Origin: Candidatus Omnitrophota bacterium | GTDB taxonomy: Bacteria; Omnitrophota; Omnitrophia; Omnitrophales; Aquincolibacteriaceae | Direction: 5' to 3' | Length of the DNA: 56,567 nt | Assembly: GCA_023247055.1 (NCBI GenBank) | Contig: JAHFHF010000013.1 | Location: 1-56,567, forward strand | Shown: positions 9,330 through 16,363 of the stretch, in pieces | Position numbering within the stretch: position 1 is the stretch's first letter | How the letters are laid out: every line of letters starts with the position of its first letter | Notes under the pieces: model-generated | The model's input: only the letters and a program-made list of their open reading frames with translations | Database searches by the model: none | What the model was told of the DNA's origin: nothing | Translations under genes and position numbers: made by a program

Positions 9330-9719
9330 CTAGACGTCGGTTTTAGCTTGCGCAACTTTGACCCAGCGTTCCAAAAAGTTGGTCAGTTTTTCGGCAAAGG
9401 GACTGACAGGCACGGCCTCCATCGCGGAGGCATCGACACGCCAAGCCGTCGGACTGGCAATGCGGATAACGCGAATTTCTTCAGGCAAAGCCAGATTAAA
9501 CTTTAGCTGGCCCAATTTGTTTTCAAGCAGGCGCGGGGATTTCATCTGTTCCATTTCGTACTTGAGCTGGCGGTAATGCTCTTCCTTTTCATTCTTGAGC
9601 CGCGTCTTTTGGTCCAGAACGTAAGAAACGCGCACCAAGTCAATCTGCCCCTGCACATAATAGACAAGCAGGAACGCGGTCACCGCCATGCCTGCAATAA
9701 TTTTTCCGCAGCCCTTCAT
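9330..9719 (-). CDS. ftsL: Cell division protein FtsL-like (small bitopic coiled-coil protein)
   Basis: 129 aa with one TM helix followed by a coiled coil. Sits between rsmH and ftsI and overlaps the rsmH stop by 4 nt. Confidence 0.6.
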   Translation of the reverse strand: MKGCGKIIAGMAVTAFLLVYYVQGQIDLVRVSYVLDQKTRLKNEKEEHYRQLKYEMEQMKSPRLLENKLGQLKFNLALPEEIRVIRIASPTAWRVDASAMEAVPVSPFAEKLTNFLERWVKVAQAKTDV

Positions 9720-10624
9720 GATTTCTCCATCACCCGCAGTTTGGCGCTGCGCGCTCGCGGGTTCTCGTTCAATTCGGCCTCATCCGGCGTCACTGGTTTT
9801 TTTGTGACAACCGTTCCGGCGCCTTCGGCTTTCCAGCGCAAAAAAGTGCGTTTCACAATGCGGTCCTCTAACGAATGAAAACTGATCACGCCCAAGCGCC
9901 CGCCCCGGTTTAAGCAGGACCAGCTGCCTTCCAAGCCTTCACGCAGGGCTTCGAGTTCGTCATTGACGGCAATCCGGAGCGCCTGAAAAACGCGGGTGGC
10001 CGGATGACGTTTTCCTGGGAAATGCCGCTTCACCGATTTTTTTCTGACTGGCCCTCCATGCAGATTTTCGAGGGTCCCGGCCAAATCCTGCGTGGTTTCA
10101 AACCGCGCGGTCTGGCGGCGTTCACATAGCACGCGCGCAATCCGACGCGAACGGTGTTCTTCGCCATAGGTATAGATCAGATCCGCTAGTTCCTTTTCAG
10201 GCAGGCCATTGACTAAATCTGCCGCGGTTGTTTCTGAATCTGGATTCATGCGCATATCCAGCGGTCCCTCCCGGTCAAAACTAAAACCGCGCTGTGAATC
10301 TTCAAGTTGGTCGGATGAAAACCCTATGTCTAATAAAACGGCATCTACGCCCGGAATGTTGAGCCTGGAAAGCGCTTTCGGAAGATTTCTGAAGTTTTCA
10401 TGCACGAGATCCACACGGCAGGAAGCCGGATCAAAGCGGGGCCGCGACCGCTCGAGCGCCTGTGGATCCTGGTCGAGCCCGATTAAATGTCCCGCTGGTG
10501 ATATTTGTTTCATGATCTCCACCGCATGTCCCCCGCCGCCTAAGGTTGCGTCAACGGCCGTTATTCCCGGCCGGAGATTGAGAAGTTCAAGGACTTCTTT
10601 GAGAAGAACCGGCTTATGCGCCAA
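9716..10624 (-). CDS. rsmH: 16S rRNA (cytosine1402-N4)-methyltransferase
   Basis: MAHKPVLLKEVLELL...DATLGGGGHA...SFHSLEDRIVK, the canonical RsmH/MraW pattern. Confidence 0.9.
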   Translation of the reverse strand: MAHKPVLLKEVLELLNLRPGITAVDATLGGGGHAVEIMKQISPAGHLIGLDQDPQALERSRPRFDPASCRVDLVHENFRNLPKALSRLNIPGVDAVLLDIGFSSDQLEDSQRGFSFDREGPLDMRMNPDSETTAADLVNGLPEKELADLIYTYGEEHRSRRIARVLCERRQTARFETTQDLAGTLENLHGGPVRKKSVKRHFPGKRHPATRVFQALRIAVNDELEALREGLEGSWSCLNRGGRLGVISFHSLEDRIVKRTFLRWKAEGAGTVVTKKPVTPDEAELNENPRARSAKLRVMEKS

Positions 10625-10952
10625 AACTACGGAGGGCCTCTTCTTCGGTTGAAAAAGATTCGATCAGACCGGCCACGCCGACCATGCTGAGTGCGTTGCG
10701 CACTTCCGGACGGATATTGCAAAGCTTGATGTCGCCTTTTTGCGCACGAATGCTGCGCAGACGGTCGACTAACATGCCAAGGCCCGCGAGTTCCACATGC
10801 CGGGCATGCTTGAGATCGAAAAGAAGATGCTTATGGTTTTTGTTCATCAGGCGCGTAAGACGGTTCTTGATCTTGACCATTTCCCCTGCGCTCAGATCGC
10901 CTTCAAACCGCAAAACATCCACGCCGGCTTTCGTTCTTGAACGGTACGCCAT
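10614..10952 (-). CDS. STAS-domain protein (anti-sigma-factor-antagonist fold) lacking the phosphorylatable Ser
   Basis: 112 aa with SpoIIAA-like layout. The DSSGLG position reads VELAGLG. Inserted between mraZ and rsmH and overlaps the rsmH start by 11 nt. Confidence 0.7.
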   Translation of the reverse strand: MAYRSRTKAGVDVLRFEGDLSAGEMVKIKNRLTRLMNKNHKHLLFDLKHARHVELAGLGMLVDRLRSIRAQKGDIKLCNIRPEVRNALSMVGVAGLIESFSTEEEALRSFGA

Positions 10953-10977
10953 ACGGACCTCCCCTTTTGAATTGCTC

Positions 10978-11412
10978 TTAGTTAAAAAGTTTTTCCGCTA
11001 AATCTTCAAAATTACCTTTGTTCGTATCAAAAAATTCTTTCCACTTTGCTTTCGCCCAAATTTCGATGCGGTCCGAAACACCGATAATCATGACGTCTTG
11101 TTCGATCACGGCGAACGATTTCAGGTAATCGGGAATCAGCACCCGGCCCTGTTTGTCGCAGATCACTTCCGCGGCGCCCGAGAAAAATAAACGGTTGAAG
11201 CGGCGCGCTTCTCCTTTGGTGAAAGGCATCTCGCGGAATTTGCGTTCCTGGCTTTTCCAGACCTCTTCGGTAAAAACAAAAAGACATTGATCTAATCCCC
11301 GCGTCACGAAAAATTTTTCGGCGTAATGTTCTTTAAAAATCTCACGGAACTTGGCAGGAATAATCACCCGCCCTTTCGCGTCCAGTGTGTGTTCGTATTC
11401 TCCGTAGAACAT
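10978..11412 (-). CDS. mraZ: Transcriptional regulator MraZ
   Basis: Two SpoVT/AbrB-type repeats: DAKGRVIIPAKFR and DKQGRVLIPDYLK. First gene of the dcw cluster. Confidence 0.9.
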   Translation of the reverse strand: MFYGEYEHTLDAKGRVIIPAKFREIFKEHYAEKFFVTRGLDQCLFVFTEEVWKSQERKFREMPFTKGEARRFNRLFFSGAAEVICDKQGRVLIPDYLKSFAVIEQDVMIIGVSDRIEIWAKAKWKEFFDTNKGNFEDLAEKLFN

Positions 11413-11430
11413 TTTATTTTCGCGCCTTTC

Positions 11431-11462
11431 GATCTACCACTTCCCACCACTTTCTACCACTT
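11431..11462 (-). promoter_or_regulatory. Putative MraZ operator: three direct 10-bp-spaced boxes (GTGGTAGAAA GTGGTGGGAA GTGGTAGATC on the minus strand)
   Basis: Read directly. The boxes lie between the predicted -10 element and the mraZ ATG. MraZ proteins are known to bind 10-bp-periodic direct repeats containing GTGG/TGGG in their own promoter. Confidence 0.6.
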
Positions 11463-11475
11463 AATTATCGGGTGC

Positions 11476-11504
11476 AGTATAGGTTTAGTTAAGAAACGTG
11501 TCAA
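11476..11504 (-). promoter_or_regulatory. Sigma70-type promoter of the mraZ operon (TTGACA-17 nt-TATACT)
   Basis: Minus strand: -35 TTGACA (11504-11499), a 17-nt spacer, then -10 TATACT (11481-11476). Confidence 0.6.
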
Positions 11505-11648
11505 ATCTTTTTCAGCTAAGTGTAAGAAATTCAATAAGATACAAAATATTGTGGTTTTAATTATAGGCAGGCACAACTAATGGGATGTCTTAACAGGGTA
11601 GAAAGTGGGGCCCTTTACAGACTTTTTGAGCCAGAAGGGAACAATGAG

Positions 11649-11751
11649 GCCCAAGCTGGAAAAGCTTCTACGCCGCGAGTTCCGCAGGACGAAGGCTTTC
11701 CACTTCGTCCGAGGACTGTCTGAGCGCCGTAGAAACTTTTCCGGCTTGGGC
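11649..11751. repeat. Structured intergenic element, copy A (24-bp outer stem, conserved core, 8-bp inner hairpin)
   Basis: Arms 11649-11672 and 11728-11751 pair with 22 Watson-Crick pairs, 1 G-U and 1 mismatch. The core CCGCGAGTTCCGCAGGAC...GTCCGAGGACTGTCTGAGCGC is shared with copy B at 24192-24281. Confidence 0.8.
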
Positions 11752-11806
11752 AGAGAGATAGAGACTTGGGTTCGTTTACTTAAGGATTAGTAAAGAAAAT
11801 CTGACG

Positions 11807-12532
11807 CTAGTTTTGGATGTAGAGGATGCGGGAGCAGTTGTCGCAGAGAACGAGGAATTTACCGATCATCACTTCATTGATGGTTTGGGCGCGCAAACGG
11901 ATCTGACAGCCGGAGCAGACTTCCCCGCTGACGGTTGCAAGCGCAATGCCGTTTTTCTTTTCAACAATGCGATTATAAAGCTGCTTGGTTTCCGGGGAAA
12001 GTTGAGTGACGGACTGTTCTTTTTGGGTCTTCAGCTGCTGAACATGGCCTTGAAATTCTTTTTCCTGCTGGCTGACTTCCTGCTCTTTGGCTTGAAAGAC
12101 TTTTTCGCATTCTTTGACACGCGCTTGTTCTTTGGCCGCTTCTTCGCGGCAGGCTTCGACCTCGTCAAAGAGCCGGAGAATCTCCTCTTCCAGCAAGGAG
12201 TTGTCGGCCTTCAGGGAAGCAATTTCCTGCTGGAGGGCGCCATACTCTTTGTTGGTCTTTACCTGCGAGAGTTGGCCTTCCATCTTTTTAACATTGGCTT
12301 CCTTCTGCGCGAGAGTCCCTTCTTTTTCCCGCTGCAAAAGCTGGCGTTTTTTCAAGGCTTCTTCCAACTCTTTCAGGCGTCCGGTTTCGGCTTCAAGTTC
12401 TTTCTTAACGCGGGCGCGTTCGACCGGAATTTCTTCAAGAAGATTGAGGAGTTTGTAGAGTTCCGCATCAATGGCCTGCGCTTTTTTCAGGATCTCGATT
12501 TCGGACTGAATCTGGTCGTTCAAGAGTGCCAC
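11807..12532 (-). CDS. COG1579-type coiled-coil protein with C-terminal C4 zinc ribbon (HP0958-like)
   Basis: Long E/K/Q-rich coiled coil followed by CSGCQIRL...CDNCSRILY. Confidence 0.7.
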   Translation of the reverse strand: MALLNDQIQSEIEILKKAQAIDAELYKLLNLLEEIPVERARVKKELEAETGRLKELEEALKKRQLLQREKEGTLAQKEANVKKMEGQLSQVKTNKEYGALQQEIASLKADNSLLEEEILRLFDEVEACREEAAKEQARVKECEKVFQAKEQEVSQQEKEFQGHVQQLKTQKEQSVTQLSPETKQLYNRIVEKKNGIALATVSGEVCSGCQIRLRAQTINEVMIGKFLVLCDNCSRILYIQN

Positions 12533-12597
12533 CTGTGAACCTTCAAGAGTGGGAAATTAGACGAATTTGTGAATTATAGAGGAGTTTGAGGCCCGCT

Positions 12598-13233
12598 TCA
12601 AGCGTCAATGTCGCGGCCGTTCACGGGGCCTTCCCAGGGCAGGCCCCGCGAACGCAGTTCCAACCCGAGGGACAAGTCAATCAGAGCGTTCAATTCTTCG
12701 GGACTTAAGCGGGTATCGCGGCCAGAAGATGGCGGTATGGGAATTCCGCGCTGCAGCGGGACCGGCGGAGACACAATCTCTATTTTCTTGAGGGCGATTC
12801 CCTCATCGGTCTCCGATTGGAGCAGCATGTATTCAAAAAAAGACCAATGCGGCCCGCAGTCTCCAAGGGCTTTACGTAAGTCTTCAGGAATCTGCGCGGC
12901 AAAAACAGAAACCAAAAACTCACCGCGTTTGCGCTCCTGCTCCATACTGCTGCGAAACTCACGTGCACGAAATTCTGCTTCCGCCGCTCTTTTTAAAATC
13001 GGTCCAAGGGTCTCCGCTGATAAAGGTTCGGGAGAAATACAAACCCATATGCACTCGGTACGATCGGCACGGCTTATAAAAAAGCTGTCTTCCGCGCCAT
13101 AAAGCGGCGTCAGAGTCTCATCCAGCGAAGTCCCGGGATAAAGCGCGATCAAGGCCTGGTTGATCAGCGCCGTCAGTTCCAGTAAGGACAGGGCATCCCC
13201 CTGACGGACCTGATAAAATGGGGTTCCTTTCAA
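12598..13233 (-). CDS. Hypothetical protein (211 aa), third gene of the ParA-CBM48 operon
   Basis: Long ORF overlapping the upstream gene by 4 nt. No motif recognised. Confidence 0.6.
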   Translation of the reverse strand: MKGTPFYQVRQGDALSLLELTALINQALIALYPGTSLDETLTPLYGAEDSFFISRADRTECIWVCISPEPLSAETLGPILKRAAEAEFRAREFRSSMEQERKRGEFLVSVFAAQIPEDLRKALGDCGPHWSFFEYMLLQSETDEGIALKKIEIVSPPVPLQRGIPIPPSSGRDTRLSPEELNALIDLSLGLELRSRGLPWEGPVNGRDIDA

Positions 13234-14024
13234 ACGCCCTCCTCTGCGGGCGGCGCAGCGGCAAACCGTAGCAGTTGAATTTTTTCAGGAGCCAGGGCTT
13301 TTTCGACGGGCTTCAGCCAGAGATGCTCAAGCCGCAAATCACTGGCCAACCCCCCGTTTTTTTCATCGGTCCAGACCGAACCCAGCCACGTCAGGTTGAT
13401 CCCTAAATGCTGGGAGCACATACCCGCCAGTTTTTCAAAAACAAATTCGCCCTGGCTGTCACGCGGCGCGCCTTCATAAACCAGGTAACATTCGAGGGAC
13501 GGATTCAATCCGGCCGCGGATTTGATTAGTTTATAAATGGCGGATAAATTCTCAAAGGCAGGCTGGGCCCAAAAAAGGCACTTATCCAGAAGGGGCAGCA
13601 GCGCTTCTTCGGGAAATCCAATGCGCAGATCAAAGTCCAGGACCACATTCCGGCTCAAGTCCAGGGGTGCGGCCAGCCGGGAGGACTCCGTTGAGGCACA
13701 CAAACGTCGGAACGCGGTCCAGGATAAGGGACAGCGGTAAAGCCCGCCCTGGGGCTGCGGCGCAGCCGGAATAGAAACGCCATCGGTGATGGTCAGCAGC
13801 AGCGGCGCGCGCGGCCCGTCTTTTTCACACGGGAAAAGCATTCCGGCCAAAAGTGACGCGGCGCTGAAATTACTGCCATCGCCGCGGCCGATGGCAAGAA
13901 TCGTTCCGGCAGGTGCCAGCCAGGACTGCGGCCGCGCCTCTTCGAGGGTCTGCGGACGGGTGGCGGTCTGAAACAGTGGTGAGAGGTCTTCCAGTCCGCG
14001 TTTTAATTTTTTAGGGTAACTCAT
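13230..14024 (-). CDS. Degenerate ParA/MinD-like protein lacking the Walker A lysines
   Basis: ILAIGRGDGSNFSAASLLAGML occupies the KGGxGKT position. VVLDFDL...LLDKCLFWAQPAFENLSAIYKLIKS resembles the ParA switch II and following helix. Overlaps the ParA-CBM48 gene by 4 nt. Confidence 0.5.
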   Translation of the reverse strand: MSYPKKLKRGLEDLSPLFQTATRPQTLEEARPQSWLAPAGTILAIGRGDGSNFSAASLLAGMLFPCEKDGPRAPLLLTITDGVSIPAAPQPQGGLYRCPLSWTAFRRLCASTESSRLAAPLDLSRNVVLDFDLRIGFPEEALLPLLDKCLFWAQPAFENLSAIYKLIKSAAGLNPSLECYLVYEGAPRDSQGEFVFEKLAGMCSQHLGINLTWLGSVWTDEKNGGLASDLRLEHLWLKPVEKALAPEKIQLLRFAAAPPAEEGV

Positions 14025-15127
14025 GCGATACGGTTAAGTTCCACATAAGAGTCATAGCTGCCAAAATTATTTTTCATTTGAAAAGGATGTGACGGATCCA
14101 TCTGCCATTCGCCATCCACGATGAATTTATACCGGTAGTGTCCGCTCGTGATCGGAACCACGATCTGCCAAACGCCGTCGGTCGTCCGCTGAAACATGGG
14201 AGTCGGTATCCAGCCGCTGAAATCCCCCGCAATCTGAACCCGCGATGCCAAACGGTTGTAATATTGAAACATCATGCCGCCAATCACACGCTTGGGCCCA
14301 AAGCGCATGCGCACCTCTGATTCTGAACTGTGGCTGGCAGTCCGGACGGTGCCCTCAATGCGATCCAGCAATTCGACGGCCAATTCCAAATAATCCCTGC
14401 AGGGCGGCGAATCCGGCGCGTAGCGGACGATGCTCTGCCCTGCGGCACTGGCCTCTTTGAGCAGGCTGTGCGTATGAATGACGGTCTTGAACAGTTTCTG
14501 CTGAAAATTTTTATACACGTTATCGTGGACTTCTTTGGCAAAACCGTTGTCACCGTCAAAAAGCGTCATGAGCGCATGGACTTCAACCGGAAAAATACGG
14601 CGGATTTTGATCTGCTCCAGGGTCTCCGAAATCTTCGCAAGACCGTGCAGGGAAAAAAAGGAGGGCTCGATGGGGATCAAGACGTCACTGGCCGATTCAA
14701 AGGCACTATAGGTCAGCTTGCCGAGATTGGGCGGACAGTCGATCAGAATAAATTCAATACCCTGCTGCTCAAGCCAGGGCAGGTCCAACGAGCGCACAAG
14801 CACGCCCTCGAAATCCTGCGGACGCGCATACTCTGCTTCAATTTTGCTCAAGATGACGTAGGAGGGCAGCAAAGCCAGACAGGGATCCAGTTCCACGATA
14901 ACGTCAGACAGCAGAGGCCGCGGCCCTTCGCCGGCGCAGATCAAATCATAGAGTGTATAAGGAAGTTTTTCGGCAACAACGCCGAGGCCGCAAGTGGAAT
15001 GCCCTTGCGGATCAAAATCAATGAGGAGGGTTTTTCTTTGGAGATGCGAAAGGCAGGCCGCCAAATTAATACTGGTGGTTGTTTTACCGCATCCGCCTTT
15101 TTGATTGGCTATCGCGATAACGCGCAA
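14021..15127 (-). CDS. ParA/MinD-family ATPase fused to a C-terminal AMPK-beta-type glycogen-binding domain (CBM48)
   Basis: N-terminus (TTG start) RVIAIANQKGGCGKTTTSINLA...LIDFDPQGH...ILIDCPP. C-terminus VQIAGDFSGWIPTPMFQRTTDGVWQIVVPITSGHYRYKFIVDGEWQMDPSHP matches the AMPK1_CBM pattern (GSFNNW...G.H.YKF.VDG.W..DP). Confidence 0.8.
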   Translation of the reverse strand: MRVIAIANQKGGCGKTTTSINLAACLSHLQRKTLLIDFDPQGHSTCGLGVVAEKLPYTLYDLICAGEGPRPLLSDVIVELDPCLALLPSYVILSKIEAEYARPQDFEGVLVRSLDLPWLEQQGIEFILIDCPPNLGKLTYSAFESASDVLIPIEPSFFSLHGLAKISETLEQIKIRRIFPVEVHALMTLFDGDNGFAKEVHDNVYKNFQQKLFKTVIHTHSLLKEASAAGQSIVRYAPDSPPCRDYLELAVELLDRIEGTVRTASHSSESEVRMRFGPKRVIGGMMFQYYNRLASRVQIAGDFSGWIPTPMFQRTTDGVWQIVVPITSGHYRYKFIVDGEWQMDPSHPFQMKNNFGSYDSYVELNRIA

Positions 15128-15259
15128 ATGGCAACCCCGCTTGTAAAACTACAGTGATGGCTTAACCAGAGAGTATGCAAGTATTTACGGCGTCGCTTTC
15201 TAAACCTTTAAAGGAAGTGAAAAGATTATAGACCCTTTTGGAAGGGGGGGCAAGCAGCT

Positions 15260-15748
15260 TCAGGGCTGGTTTTGCGAGGAGCGCATGCGGGCTAACTCCA
15301 TCAGGATTTTGAAAAAGAGTGAGCGTTCGACTTCGTAATCTTCCGTACCCGGCTTCACATTTTTCCAACGCGCTTGGTGTTCGGGCGCACCAAAAGGCCG
15401 TTCCTGAAACTTGCCTTGGACCTGAATCTGCGTTCCGGTAGCAGTCTCGGTGAGTTGAAGAGTCATCCGGTAACGGCGCTTCAGGGTGCGTGGAATCGTG
15501 GTATCGATCCCCACGGCCGAAGGGAAAAGGCGTTTCTCCTTACGCACGGAATCTTCGATCCACTTGCTCTTGAGCGTATAAGCCGCCTTATTTTCACTGC
15601 GGATGCCTTGCGGCTCCATCACCGTTTTAGCGGCGGCCCAAACATCGTCAGCGGAAGTAAGAATTTCATCCAAGTAAGCATAGACGTGGAGTGGCCGCAG
15701 CAGCAGGACAAAAAAGAACACAAAAATAAACCGGAATGGAAAACTCAT
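15260..15748 (-). CDS. Hypothetical secreted protein
   Basis: 162 aa with a hydrophobic N-terminal signal (FIFVFFFVLLLRPLHVYA). No family recognised. Confidence 0.55.
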   Translation of the reverse strand: MSFPFRFIFVFFFVLLLRPLHVYAYLDEILTSADDVWAAAKTVMEPQGIRSENKAAYTLKSKWIEDSVRKEKRLFPSAVGIDTTIPRTLKRRYRMTLQLTETATGTQIQVQGKFQERPFGAPEHQARWKNVKPGTEDYEVERSLFFKILMELARMRSSQNQP

Positions 15749-15751
15749 CGT

Positions 15752-16339
15752 TTAAATTCCACTGCCATTGGCAGATTTTCCAGCGCGGTAAAGGCCATGA
15801 TCTTGAATATACGTGCGGACGGTTTCCGGAAGATACTCCGCAGCGTCTTCCGTACGCCGCAGGGTGGTTGAAGACGTGCCGCAAAGCGGCATGGCCAATG
15901 CAATCACATCTTCCGGCAAGGTCCGCGCATTTAAGCTTTGACGCGGCGCGACCGCCAGCCGCGCCAGGCGCCGGATTTCCTGAGGTTCTCGCCAGCGATC
16001 AAACCCGCCAAAGGTATCTTCCCCCATGAGCAGAAAAAGTTCTGCCTGGGGAAACTGCTGCTGGAAATGCCGCAGCGCATCCACGGTATAGGAAATCCCC
16101 GCTTTTTCAATTTCCCATGTTGAGATCTCAAATTCAGAACAATCTTGAATGGCCAGACGCAGCATGGCGAGGCGGTCCGCAGCCGGGGCACTCGGTTGAC
16201 CGGTTTTAAAGGGCGAACAGGCCGCAGGTAAAAAAAGAACGCGGTCGAGATTAAGCTGCCGGAGTGCGCAGGCGGCAAGGGTCAGATGCCCCTGATGAAT
16301 GGGGTCAAAGGTGCCTCCAAAAATGCCTAATTTGCGCAC
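15752..16339 (-). CDS. nadD: Nicotinate-nucleotide adenylyltransferase
   Basis: GIFGGTFDPIHQGH nucleotidyltransferase motif. Conserved position next to proA and obg. Confidence 0.85.
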   Translation of the reverse strand: MRKLGIFGGTFDPIHQGHLTLAACALRQLNLDRVLFLPAACSPFKTGQPSAPAADRLAMLRLAIQDCSEFEISTWEIEKAGISYTVDALRHFQQQFPQAELFLLMGEDTFGGFDRWREPQEIRRLARLAVAPRQSLNARTLPEDVIALAMPLCGTSSTTLRRTEDAAEYLPETVRTYIQDHGLYRAGKSANGSGI

Positions 16340-16363
16340 TGTCCCCCTCTTTCTCTCTCGGAG

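Noticed and set aside
11649-11751. Hammerhead ribozyme or integron attC interpretation of the structured element
   Set aside because: The CUGA...GAAAC-like string in copy A is not conserved in copy B (UUGA...GAAC), and the required three-way junction is missing. The attC R''/R' boxes fit only copy B, there is no cassette array, and no intI is nearby. The attC idea is kept only as a check in the findings.
11605-11790. 61-aa ORF spanning structured element copy A
   Set aside because: Copy B has no equivalent ORF. Conservation follows base-pairing rather than codons.
11813-12538. 241-aa + strand ORF mirroring the zinc-ribbon coiled-coil gene (similar cases at 25366-26364 and 24840-25256)
   Set aside because: Antisense frames of E/K/L/Q-rich coiled-coil genes stay open by codon composition. 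Their products are low-complexity F/L/G-rich strings, while the minus-strand proteins have clear domain logic.
14330-15157. Long + strand ORFs antisense to well-supported genes (also 20578-21435, 28804-29556, 37350-37979, 22559-23149, 23146-23724, 31429-32001)
   Set aside because: Each overlaps a minus-strand gene with canonical motifs (ParA, C-N hydrolase, PP2C, RibBA, TlpA, TrxB, MlaF). None shows motifs of its own.
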